Positions 9,177-19,100 of a DNA stretch of 64,000 nt are shown piece by piece. The first letter of the stretch is position 1. Every line of letters begins with the position of its first letter. The position numbers and the translations under genes are program-made. The notes beneath the pieces were generated by a model, which worked only from the letters and a program-made list of their open reading frames with translations, ran no database searches and was not told where the DNA came from. This DNA is from Deltaproteobacteria bacterium. Lineage in GTDB: Bacteria > Myxococcota_A > UBA9160 > SMWR01. The DNA is taken from NCBI GenBank assembly GCA_032128375.1, contig JAQBGU010000202.1, positions 1 through 64,000 on the forward strand, written 5' to 3'.

Positions 9177-10361
9177 ATGGGCCGGGTTGCTGTTTTCAGG
9201 ATTGATCAATTGCCCCGACCGCCCCATTGCGTGCCCCAGGTCGTCGAGATGCCGGGCGCCGTCTACTCGCCCAGCGCAGCGCGATCCGTCGATGCTTCGC
9301 TCGACGTGTGTCCGCTCAATGTCGGAGACACCTGGATGGAGCCGTTCGCCGGCGCGCGGATGGAGGATTTGCGCGAAGCGTCGCACCCGGGGCTCCACCG
9401 GTACAGCCCTACTCAGGGATTGCCGACGCTAGTCGACGCGATCGTCGACAAGCTTCGCGATCGCAACGCACAGCACTGTGATCGAGACTCGGTGTTGGTG
9501 TGTGCAGGCGCCACGGGTGCACTGAGCTGTGCGGTTGGAGCGCTGACATCGCCTGGTGAGGAGGTGTTGATACTGGCGCCCTTCTGGCCGCTGATCCGCG
9601 GCATCGTGCAGACCTATCGCGCGACACCGGTGGAAGTTCCTTTTTACGATCGCGTCGACTCGCCCGAAGCAGCGGTTGATGCGGTGCGACGTCGACTGAC
9701 GGATAAGAGCGTCGCGCTTTACGTATCGACGCCGTCGAACCCGACCGGCAGCGTACTGGCCGAAAGCTGGCTTATCGCGTTGGCGGAACTGGCTCGCAGC
9801 GCAAACCTCTGGTTGTTGTCCGACGAGGTCTACGAAGACTACGTGTACGGCGACGCCAAGCACGTTTCTATGGCGCAGTTCGCGCCGGAGCGAACCCTCA
9901 GCGTCTACTCGTTTTCAAAGGCGTACGGCATGGCCGGCAACCGGACTGGCTACCTGGTCGGGCCAGGCGAACCGGTCCGGCAGGCGGGGAAGATATCGAC
10001 CCACACTTTCTACTGCGCTCCGACGGCGGGCCAGGTTGCCGCGCAGATCGCGTTGGCGGACGGCGCTGCGTGGATCGACCGCGCGCGCAGCCGCTACCGT
10101 GAAATCGGGAAGCAGGCGGCGGAACGACTCGGCTTGCCCGTGCCGCAGGGGTCGACGTTCTTGTTCTTCGATGCGACGTCCGTTCTCGATTCGCGCGGGA
10201 TCGGTGGCTTTCTCGAAGATTGTCTTTCCGATGGTGTCGCGCTCGCACCCGGTGTTTCTTGTGGAGCCGACTACGGGAACTGGGTGCGGCTTTGCTACAC
10301 GGCAGCGCCACCCGAACGCGTCGCCGAGGCCATCGCAAAGGTTGCCGAGCGCTTGCGGTAA
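9177..10361 (+). CDS. PLP-dependent aminotransferase class I/II
   Basis: TPSNPTG, SDEVYE, SFSKAYGMAG.R.GY (PLP Lys), VRLCY; exact start uncertain. Confidence 0.88.
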   Translation: MGRVAVFRIDQLPRPPHCVPQVVEMPGAVYSPSAARSVDASLDVCPLNVGDTWMEPFAGARMEDLREASHPGLHRYSPTQGLPTLVDAIVDKLRDRNAQHCDRDSVLVCAGATGALSCAVGALTSPGEEVLILAPFWPLIRGIVQTYRATPVEVPFYDRVDSPEAAVDAVRRRLTDKSVALYVSTPSNPTGSVLAESWLIALAELARSANLWLLSDEVYEDYVYGDAKHVSMAQFAPERTLSVYSFSKAYGMAGNRTGYLVGPGEPVRQAGKISTHTFYCAPTAGQVAAQIALADGAAWIDRARSRYREIGKQAAERLGLPVPQGSTFLFFDATSVLDSRGIGGFLEDCLSDGVALAPGVSCGADYGNWVRLCYTAAPPERVAEAIAKVAERLR

Positions 10362-10382
10362 ACTGCCCAGCCGGGTTCGAGA

Positions 10383-10952
10383 TCAGCCGTCGAATGCTTT
10401 CGACAGCTCTGCGAGCACGACTTCCTCCTCACGCGAGATCTTGTTGCCGATCCCGAGAAAGCCACCGGCCGCTTCGGCAATGTTGCGCGCACTGCCGAGC
10501 AGCTGGCTTTTGAGCGCGCTGCGCTCGTGGTCGGCCAGTTCGGAACAAAGCCTGACGATGAAGGCGCCCCAGACCTCGAGCAGCCTGCCATCGGGACGAC
10601 GCGTCAGCCAGCTTTCGAGCAGCTGATAACTTGGACTGCTAGCCGTAATCCCGTTGACTGCCGCGGCGGACAGCACGGCTTCGCGTTCCGCGGGTTCGAT
10701 CTTGCCGTCTGCCCAAGCGACTTCGACCATCGGAGCGATGGAAACCGCGGCCCAGGTATCGGATTCGATCCCGAGCTCGCACAGTTTCTCCAGAACCTCG
10801 TCGCTGGTGATCCCTGAGATCTCGGAAAGCGACTCTTTTGCCGCCTTCTTGCCCTTCTCAACCTTGAGCTTCTCGAGGAGTTTCGCGTTCTCCTTGGCGA
10901 AGAACGACTCCTCCAGAGCTTGCTTGCGATCTCCCAGAAAGTCCTTGGACAT
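10383..10952 (-). CDS. Conserved hypothetical protein with TerB-like domain
   Basis: VAWADGKIEPAEREAV; AEAAGGFLGIG.KIS.EE; GAG RBS before ATG at 10952. Confidence 0.75.
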   Translation of the reverse strand: MSKDFLGDRKQALEESFFAKENAKLLEKLKVEKGKKAAKESLSEISGITSDEVLEKLCELGIESDTWAAVSIAPMVEVAWADGKIEPAEREAVLSAAAVNGITASSPSYQLLESWLTRRPDGRLLEVWGAFIVRLCSELADHERSALKSQLLGSARNIAEAAGGFLGIGNKISREEEVVLAELSKAFDG

Positions 10953-10974
10953 ACTCGTCTCTTCTCTCTCTAGT

Positions 10975-10997
10975 TCTGGTTCTGGTTCTGGTTCTGG
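10975..10997. repeat. (TCTGGT)~4 hexamer tandem repeat
   Basis: Read directly, upstream of the TerB-like gene. Confidence 0.85.
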
Positions 10998-11120
10998 CAA
11001 GGCTATCTAGCCCGCGCGTCAGACGCCGCCAATAGGCAATCGTGTACTGTAGTGTCGCAGCGTACTGTGCCTGAGGGCAGCATCGATGGCGAGCCCGTGG
11101 CGTGCGATCGGCCGCAGCTT

Positions 11121-11591
11121 TCAGTCGTGAATCTGCTCGGCGAGGTACTGCTCTTTGCCGATTTCATCGACGATGTGGAGCTGCGCTTCCAGCCAGTCGG
11201 CGCTTTCCTCTTCGCCGGTCAAGATGCCTTCGAGCAATTCGCGGGAACCGTTGTCTCCCTTGTCTCGACACAGTGCGATGGCTTTGTTCAAGCGATTGAT
11301 CGCCTCGGTTTCGACTGCGAGGTCGAGTTTGTGCTGTTCGATCGGGTTCTCGCCGACCCGTACGGGGTACAACTTCTGCATGTTCGGAACACCGTCGAAG
11401 TAGAGAATCCGGCCGATGATCGAGTCGGCGTCCTTCATCTCGTCGATCGATTCTGCTCGTTTCTTTTTCGAGAGGCGCGCGTAGCCCCAGTTCTCGCACA
11501 TTTTGTGGTGAATGAAGTACTGGTTGATGGCCGTGAGCTCTGCGGTCAACACATCGTTCAATGCTGCAATGACTTCGGGATCGCCACGCAC
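11121..11591 (-). CDS. bfr: Bacterioferritin (variant ferroxidase centre)
   Basis: ELTAINQYF, NWG, ESIDEM (Met52), RIL..DG.PN.Q, DWLE.Q; AAGGAG RBS. Confidence 0.95.
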   Translation of the reverse strand: MRGDPEVIAALNDVLTAELTAINQYFIHHKMCENWGYARLSKKKRAESIDEMKDADSIIGRILYFDGVPNMQKLYPVRVGENPIEQHKLDLAVETEAINRLNKAIALCRDKGDNGSRELLEGILTGEEESADWLEAQLHIVDEIGKEQYLAEQIHD

Positions 11592-11725
11592 ACGCTTCTC
11601 CTTGTCTGCTTTCGCCGTTTTCGCGGTTTTGGCCGATGTTCAGACGGTCTAGCTGGTCTGGGTCGACTGGGGGCCGGCGGATGAAAAGGAAACTTACCCC
11701 GTGGTGTCGATCGAGCCAGTCAATC

Positions 11726-11756
11726 GAAATTGAAAATGAAAATGAAAACCGATTGC
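11726..11756. promoter_or_regulatory. Fur-box-like hexamer array upstream of bfr
   Basis: GAAATTGAAAATGAAAATGAAAACC; 11732-11750 matches GATAATGATAATCATTATC at 13/19 by hand count. Confidence 0.6.
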
Positions 11757-11914
11757 CTGGCCTGCTGTCAGGTGGAGGAGCTGGCGCAGTCGCCTTGGAT
11801 ACGCGACCGGGCTGGCTTGAGCGAACCGGACAGCCAGTTGCGGCAAGGCTGGGAACTCGACCCGGGCTGGCTGGCGACGAGTGGCAGTTTTCGCCGGGAA
11901 GCACAGATCATGAG

Positions 11915-12127
11915 CTAGCCGGTGGCGGCCTCTGGCATCGTCAGGATTGACGAAGCACGGGGCCGATCGCCTTCGGCTGCGATGATCGAATCGATCACGG
12001 GAACGCATCCGCCACAATTCGACCCTGCCGTGCAGGCCAAGATCACGTCGCTCCGGTTGCTCGCGCCGTTCCGAACTGCCCTGCGGATCTGACGCTCAGT
12101 AACGCCCGTGCATTGACAAACGATCAT
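11915..12127 (-). CDS. bfd: Bacterioferritin-associated ferredoxin ([2Fe-2S])
   Basis: MIVCQC..V...I......CTAGSNCGGC; GGAG RBS; upstream of bfr. Confidence 0.92.
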   Translation of the reverse strand: MIVCQCTGVTERQIRRAVRNGASNRSDVILACTAGSNCGGCVPVIDSIIAAEGDRPRASSILTMPEAATG

Positions 12128-12212
12128 CGGCTCTCCAAGTGGTGCCTCTTGTCTCTGTGCGTCTCTCCAGGGGGTGCCAGGCACCGGTAGGAAGCACCGA
12201 GTATACCATTGT

Positions 12213-12231
12213 GAAAATGAAGTTCAAAATC
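12213..12231. promoter_or_regulatory. Fur-box-like site upstream of bfd
   Basis: GAAAATGAAGTTCAAAATC, 13/19 match to the Fur consensus in a GC-rich background. Confidence 0.55.
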
Positions 12232-12281
12232 GTTTGAGCAGGAAAAATCGGAACCGGCGATTCAGCGATTCTCTGAAATTA

Positions 12282-12300
12282 AAAATTGACTATTATTTTC
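12282..12300. promoter_or_regulatory. Fur-box-like site in the bfd/addB divergent region
   Basis: AAAATTGACTATTATTTTC (reverse complement 13/19); contains TTGACT, a -35-like hexamer on the + strand. Confidence 0.5.
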
Positions 12301-12458
12301 AATAGGTTGTGAGGCTTCTCGCGAGCGAGAGTCGTTTCCGGGTCGGCGCAGCCAATCCGATCGAGCCCAACTTCAGCCAACTGGCTGTGCGTGACCGGCG
12401 TCGCCACGACGCTGCTGCAGGCTACGCAGGGGTTTGGGGTGATAGGCTGCGCTTCGGG

Positions 12459-12490
12459 TGATGGCCAAAATGATGGCCAAAATGATGGCC
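12459..12490. repeat. 12-nt tandem repeat (TGATGGCCAAAA)~2.7
   Basis: Read directly. Confidence 0.85.
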
Positions 12491-12516
12491 CAGGTGATCG
12501 CCTGGGTGGGGGGGGA

Positions 12517-15500
12517 ATGAGTTGGAACGACGGCGCTGGTGTCACGATTGCGCACGGCGCCCGAGCGGCCGAGATCGAGTTGATCGATGCCGTATTGGAA
12601 TTGACCCAATTCGATCCCAAGTGCGGCTTCAGGCAGGCGCCGGTTCGCGTCATCGTCCCATCTCGTAGCTTGCGCGAACACGTTTCGTCGCGGTTCGTCG
12701 CGCGGACCGGCGGTGGATTAGCAGGTCTCACGGTGCAGACCCTGCACGCGGTCGTGTCGACCATCCTGGAGGCGGTTCGAAGCCGCGGGCTCGAAACCGG
12801 TCGCCGATCTCCGGCGCTGTTCGGTGTGCTGGTTCGACAGCTCGCCCGCCGTGAACCCGCGCTGCGCGCTTCGCTGGACGATCTGCGGGACGGCTACGCG
12901 TCGGTCGAGGCCGCTGTTTCGGATCTACTCGATGCGGGTTTCGAGCCCGCCCACGCCGACGCGGTGATCGAGCAGCTGCAAGAGTCTCCGAACGGCCCGA
13001 CGTCAGCGGGAATGAGTGCGAGTAAGGCTGCGCGGGAACGGGAAAGTGAGTGGGAAGGTTCGTGGCAACGAGCGTGTGCGCTCGTTCGGGTGGCGGCGGG
13101 TGCGAATCGCGCCGCATCCGGGATCGGGCACGCATCGGCAGAAATCGCGCTCGCCCGCCAGTGGTTGGAATCCGACCCCGAACGCTTTCTGCCTTCGAGT
13201 GCGATCTTCGTCTTTGGCTTCGCGGATGTGACTGGAGTCCAGGCGGATCTGATCGAAGCATTGGTTCGCCGATGTGGGGCGCGGGTGACAATCGATGTTC
13301 CGCGCGATCCAGCTGAACGGGATCGCATCGATTCGGGCGTCGCATTCACACAGCGCTTCACCGATCGAATCAAAGCGGCATCGGGCCAGAGTGACGCGCT
13401 GCCGGCCATCGATCCGTCGACCGATTCCGTTTGCCGCGCGGTCGCGTGCGTATTGCACGCCCCGGGTCGCGCAGCCGAGGTGCGCGCGGTCGCGCTGCGA
13501 GTTCGCGGGCTTCTCGACGAGGGGGAGCGCGCAGAGGGCATCGCAGTGGTGGCGCGAACCCTCGATGGGTACCGAGTACCATTGCGGACGCACTTCCATC
13601 GACTCGCGATCCCGTTCTCTGGTGTGGGGGAGCGCGGAGATGCGACCGCCGTCACACGCCGGCATTCGGCGCTGCTGGCGCTGCTCCGCGACGGTCCGCG
13701 TGCTCCGGTGGATCGCTGGATCGATGCACTGCAGGGGCTCGGTCGAGGCAACCGGCTTTCCATGCGGGATCGGGCCGATCTGGCGAGTGTGTTTCACAGC
13801 CTCGGAATCGGACGGCTCGGACAGGTCACGGATTGGGACGATGTATCGCGCGGCAGCTCAGCCGCAACCGATATATCGGCAGACACGTCATCAACAGACA
13901 CGTCGTCAACAGACACGTCATTAACAGACACGTCCGTAGCAGACACGTCCGTAGCAGACACGTCATCAACAGACACGTCATCAACAGACACGTCATTGAC
14001 AGACACGGACGCATCGAACGGCGAGCAGAAATATCTGTCGCTACGCGTCCGAGGTGGGTTGCGAGAGCAGCGGGAAGATCGGCCACCGGTGGCTGTCCGC
14101 CGCGTAGTGTCGACCGACAGAATTGCCGCCGCGGCCGCGGCCGCGCGCGCACTACTGGATCACCAGGCGGGTTGGCCGCGCCGCACATCGCTGTCGGTTC
14201 ACTTGCGCACGCTGCGCGTGCTCGTGCGTCGGGACCTTCGCTGGCGGACCGGAGACCCCGCGTTCGATGAACTCGAGCGGGCGGTGTTCGGGGTCTTCGC
14301 GTCGGAGTCTGGCACTTTCGTGTTCGATCGAGACGACTTCGTGCGGCTCGTCGAGCGCTGCCTCGCGAAGTCGTCCCTCGAACCGATCGGTGGCAACGGC
14401 GGCGGAGTGGCGGTGCTATCCGCGACGGAAGCCCGGTCACGAACCTTCGAGCACCTGTTTGTCATTGGACTGTCGCGGGACGTCTTTCCGAGGCCGATTT
14501 CACAAGACCCGCTGCTCCCCGACGGGCTGCGCCGGCGCCTGCGCGTGGTCTTGCCGGATATGCCTGTCAAGCGCGAAGGGGCGGACGAGGAGCGGTATCT
14601 GTTCGCGCAGCTTTTGTCGTCGAGTCCCGACGTCGTACTGAGCTGCCCGATCACGGACGAAAACGGCAAACCGATTCCGATCTCGCCTTTGCTCGAGCGT
14701 TTGAGGGGAGTCACGCCGATCGTCGCGCCGGGGCTCCTGCAAGCACGCGAACCCGTTCACTCGCAGCCCTCCGATCCATCCCAGCAAGCCAGGCAATTCA
14801 AACAACCCCAGCCGCAGGGCTACGCAGCGTTGCGTCCCGCTCACGAGCACGCGCTGATCGCCGGGTTGTACGGCACGCGCAACCAGTTTCGCCTCGCTTT
14901 TCGAATCGCAGTCGCTGAAACGGGCGGCGCATCGCGTGAGATGCTGAGGCACACAGCATCGCTGGCCGATTCTCGCGTCGCCGTGCTTTCGGAATTGCAG
15001 GGTCTCGAGCCCGTCTCGCAGGCGCCCCGTCTGGGGCCATACTTTGGCTTCGTCGGGCCCGCGACCGAAAAAGCGGATCCGCGCCGCGCGCCGCTGTTCA
15101 TTACGGCTGCCGAACAGATCGCGGCGTGTCCGTGGCAAGCGTTCATCAGGCTGCTGCTGCGTATCGAGCCCGTACCCGACGCTTGCGCAGAGCTTCCGTC
15201 CGCAGACCCACGGCTCGTCGGGGCGCTGGTTCACGACGTCTTGCAGCGTTTGGCCGGGGGCGCACTTCTGCGCGCCGGTGCGGATCGCGAAATCGAAGAT
15301 CTCTCGGCGCTCGCCGCACAGTCCCCGGTCGGCGTACACTGGCCTGCGCCGAAAGACGAGATGGAACTGCTCTTGCGCTGCGCCGATACGTTGGCCGCCG
15401 CGCACGGGATCCGCACTCCGGGTTTTTCGCGCGTACTGGCGGCGCGTGCCCAAGGCCACCTGCCCGCCGCGAGGCAGAGTCTCTGTTCGAGCAGCCCCGC

Positions 15501-16104
15501 CGGCGCCACCGGAGTCGTCGGCGTCGAGGTGAGCGGGGTCGTCCGCATGCAGAACGACGACCGGGAAGTTCGCTTTCGCGCCGATCGCGTCGACCGATCG
15601 ATCGAGCACAAGCTTGCGCTGATCGACTACAAAACCGGCAAACCGTTCGCGACACAGAAATCCGACGACGCGCGTCGTGCTGCGCTGCGAAAGCGGATGG
15701 CCCGAGGCGAGTCGTTGCAGGCAGGCGCGTACGCGATTGCCGCCGAGCAAGCCAGCGGTGAAGTCGGCATTGGCGAGTATTTGTTTCTCGATCCGAACGC
15801 CCCAGATCATTCCCGCTCAGTATCGATTCGATCGGACGCTACGGATCTCATTGAAACCTTCGAGCGCTCCATCGCGACGGTGTTCGAAGTCATCGAGCGC
15901 GGCAGCTTCTTTCCGCGGTTGGTCGACGCGGCCACTGGGACCGAGCCACGTCGGTGTTCGAATTGCGAGGTCAAAGAGGCCTGCATCCGAGGCGACACTG
16001 GTTCGCGACAGCGGCTGGAGCGATGGGTGTCCGTCGCGCACCCGGTTTCGCCCGAAGAGGTTGCGCTCGTCGACCTGTGGAAGATTGGGGAGAGCGAACC
16101 GTGA
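12517..16104 (+). CDS. addB: AddB-like ATP-dependent helicase/nuclease subunit B
   Basis: VIVPS, FGF.D.T, EARSRTFEHLFVIGL, EERYLF; C-terminal nuclease RADRVD..LIDYKTG; Fe-S Cys pattern CPW...CSNCEVKEAC. Confidence 0.85.
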   Translation: MSWNDGAGVTIAHGARAAEIELIDAVLELTQFDPKCGFRQAPVRVIVPSRSLREHVSSRFVARTGGGLAGLTVQTLHAVVSTILEAVRSRGLETGRRSPALFGVLVRQLARREPALRASLDDLRDGYASVEAAVSDLLDAGFEPAHADAVIEQLQESPNGPTSAGMSASKAARERESEWEGSWQRACALVRVAAGANRAASGIGHASAEIALARQWLESDPERFLPSSAIFVFGFADVTGVQADLIEALVRRCGARVTIDVPRDPAERDRIDSGVAFTQRFTDRIKAASGQSDALPAIDPSTDSVCRAVACVLHAPGRAAEVRAVALRVRGLLDEGERAEGIAVVARTLDGYRVPLRTHFHRLAIPFSGVGERGDATAVTRRHSALLALLRDGPRAPVDRWIDALQGLGRGNRLSMRDRADLASVFHSLGIGRLGQVTDWDDVSRGSSAATDISADTSSTDTSSTDTSLTDTSVADTSVADTSSTDTSSTDTSLTDTDASNGEQKYLSLRVRGGLREQREDRPPVAVRRVVSTDRIAAAAAAARALLDHQAGWPRRTSLSVHLRTLRVLVRRDLRWRTGDPAFDELERAVFGVFASESGTFVFDRDDFVRLVERCLAKSSLEPIGGNGGGVAVLSATEARSRTFEHLFVIGLSRDVFPRPISQDPLLPDGLRRRLRVVLPDMPVKREGADEERYLFAQLLSSSPDVVLSCPITDENGKPIPISPLLERLRGVTPIVAPGLLQAREPVHSQPSDPSQQARQFKQPQPQGYAALRPAHEHALIAGLYGTRNQFRLAFRIAVAETGGASREMLRHTASLADSRVAVLSELQGLEPVSQAPRLGPYFGFVGPATEKADPRRAPLFITAAEQIAACPWQAFIRLLLRIEPVPDACAELPSADPRLVGALVHDVLQRLAGGALLRAGADREIEDLSALAAQSPVGVHWPAPKDEMELLLRCADTLAAAHGIRTPGFSRVLAARAQGHLPAARQSLCSSSPAGATGVVGVEVSGVVRMQNDDREVRFRADRVDRSIEHKLALIDYKTGKPFATQKSDDARRAALRKRMARGESLQAGAYAIAAEQASGEVGIGEYLFLDPNAPDHSRSVSIRSDATDLIETFERSIATVFEVIERGSFFPRLVDAATGTEPRRCSNCEVKEACIRGDTGSRQRLERWVSVAHPVSPEEVALVDLWKIGESEP
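13880..14007 (+). repeat. In-frame 15-nt VNTR (CAGACACGTC+N5)x8.5 encoding DTS(S/L/V)(T/A)
   Basis: Read directly inside addB. Confidence 0.95.
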
Positions 16105-19100
16105 ACTCCGCTCGCTCGACGACCGACGTCACGCTACGCGAATCGGACCAGCGCGCCCGGGCGATGGCGCAACGCGTCTTCGATCGGCCGCTCGTTCTCG
16201 AGGCTGGAGCCGGAACAGGTAAGACCACTGCTCTGGTCGCCCGAGTACTGTCGTGGTGCCTCGGTGTCGGATGGGACCGTGCGGTGGCGGCGATCGACGG
16301 GGACGCTGTGGGTCTCGACCGGATCGCGTCAGCGGTGTTGGGTGGCGTCGTGGCGATCACATTTACCGAGAAAGCCGCTGCCGAGATGAGCCAGCGTATC
16401 GGTGGAGCGCTTCGCGATGTCGAGCGCGGCGAACACCCCGCCTGGCTGCTCGAAGATGTGCTGCCCGAAGACACGAACGTGCGTCGAAATCGCGCCCGCG
16501 CGCTGATCGGTGGGCTGGATCGTCTGGTGGTGGCGACGATCCACGCCTACTGTCGTCGGGTTCTGGTCGACAACGCGCTGGATGCGGGGCTTCACCCGAA
16601 TCTGGAAGTCGACGCAGACGGACATGTGCAGGCAGAAATCGCACGCGAAATACTCGAGCGAGCGCTCGAGACGGCATACACGGAATCGGGTGACCCGGCC
16701 CTTCTCGGCCTTGCGGCGCGTGGGATCGGTCCCCGCGAGCTGGAACACGAACTTCTGGCATTGCTGGACACCGGTGCGCCGGCGTCGGCGTTCGCCGCAG
16801 ACCCGACGTCACCCGATCGCGTCGTTGGGCTGTGTGAACGGTTTGTGGCGGCGCTCGAGGGACTCGGTAGCTGCGTGTCGGATCTGGCGGGTCAGGCGGG
16901 AATCGGAGGGGCCAGCGCGGCGCGCATCGATGAAACGTTGGAATGGCTGCGAGAGCAAACGCCCCAAGACAGCCAGGGACTCGGCGTGTTCGTCCAATGG
17001 CTGCGCGAGAACTGGCCGGAGAACGAGCAGAAGAGGATCGCTGACTGGGGCCGGGGGCGCTTCATCAACAGTGAAACAGCGGCGCTCGGAAATGAAGTAT
17101 GCGACGCCCCGGCGACCCGAGAGTCGGCGGCATCGGTGTCCCGGACCCTCAACCACATCTTATCAATCGACGTCGACCTGCTGGCGCTCTCTCGAGCGGC
17201 GATTGTGCCGCTGCTTGCACGAATCGAACAGGTGTTGCGGCAGCGCGGTGTGGCGAGCTTCTCGGCGCTGCTGAGAGAAACACGCGCGCTGCTTCGAGGC
17301 AACGAACGGGTCGCAGATCGGATCCGAGCCGAAATAGATCAGTTGTTGGTCGACGAGTTTCAAGACACCGATTCGCGACAGTGTGACATCGTTCGATCGC
17401 TCGCCTTGTCGAGAACTGAACCTGGAGCCAACGAGTCGACCCGACCGGGCCTGTTTCTGGTCGGTGATCCCAAGCAATCCATCTACGGCTGGCGCAACGC
17501 AGATCTCGCCGCGTACGACGCATTCATCGACGATGTGCTCGCATTCGGTGGGATCCGCGAGCGTTTGAGCATCAACCACCGGTCGGTTCCGGCCATCCTC
17601 GAAGAAGTGGAACGCATCGTCGCGCCCGCAATGCAGGAACAACCGGGAATGCAGCCCGCGTTTCAACCGCTGATCCCTTCGGCGGCGAACCTTTCCTCGA
17701 AGCCCGCCGCACGCGGGGAACGCATCGCTGATTCCGCACCTGTGGAGCATTGGGTCTCGGCTGGATGGGATCGCGACGCAGCCGAACCCCGCAAGACGCG
17801 GTCGAGCGAGGCCACCCGAATCGAAGCCGACGCACTCGCGCTCGACCTTCGCAAGCTGCACGACCGGGACAACGTCGAATGGGCGTCGATTGGGGTGCTG
17901 TTTCGCGGTCGCAGTGATTGGGAGATCTATCTGGGGGCACTTCGCGGTGCGGATGTCCCGTATGTGGTCGAAGGCGACCGCAGCTATCACCGGCGCCGCG
18001 AGATCATCGAGGCGGCAAGTCTGGTGCGCAGTGTGCTCGACCCGAATGATCAGATCGCTCTGTTGACGCTATTGCGCTCGTCGATGGTTGGAATCCCCGA
18101 CGCGGCGCTGGTCCCGCTCTGGAGCCGAGATCTGCCCGCGCGCATCGGCGAACTCGAGAGACCGAGTCCGGATGTGCTGTCTGACTTGGCAAGCTTGATT
18201 CGCGATGCAGCGCTCGCGGTTCCACGCGAGGTTCCGGGCATCGACAGAATCCGAGGCTGGGAGGAAAACCTGATCGGAATCGTTACCGATATCGCGGTGC
18301 TGCGCGAATCGTTCGAGTGCGACGCGACTGACGTCTTCGTCGAGAAGATGCGTACTCGGTCCTTGTTCGAGGCGACTGAGGCCACACGCCTGCTGGGCGC
18401 TTGGAGGTGCGCAAACCTCGACCGCTTCTTCCGCGAGTTGACCGAAGCCCTCGCGGAGGGCGGCGACACGCGCGCGCTACTTCGGCGTCTGCGAAAGGCT
18501 GTGACCGCAGAAGAAGATGCGGAAGAGGGACGACCTGTCGAGATCGTCGACGACGCGGTTGCGGTCATGACGATTCACGGGGCGAAGGGGCTCGATTTCG
18601 AGCACGTCTATCTGATGCAACTCCACAAGGGAGTCGGTCCGGTTGGCGGCAAGGATTGCGGTGCGAGCGAAATCGACGGGCATATGGAGTACCGCTTGTG
18701 CGGCGCCTGTTCATTGGGCTGGGATCGTGTCAGCTTTGCGCGAGATTGCGTCTCTGAAGCCGAGAGAGTTCGAACGCTCTACGTCGCAATGACACGCGCG
18801 AAACAGCGACTGGTGCTCGCAGGAGTCTGGCCGTCGCTTCAGTTTCGCGCTGGTGTGGGCCAGCCAGTCGAATTGCTCGAACCCCGCTTCGAGGGTGACA
18901 TCCACGCACGCATGTGCGAAGTGGCGGCTCTCGGACGCGTCGGATTCGAGGATCGGTTTGGCGTCCGATTTTTCTTTCCGGTGCTCGACGCGCTCGACCG
19001 GCCCAGTCAGCCTTGCTTGTTGACGGTGCGCGGAGCCGGTCTGTCTGCGGAGTCGGACATCGCCCGGGCCTCCGCACGCCTGGCCGAGCTGCGAGCGAAG

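Noticed and set aside
13880..14007. CRISPR-like constant/variable periodicity
   Set aside because: The constant part is only 10 nt and the variable part 5 nt with repeated values; it is in frame inside addB and no cas genes are present.
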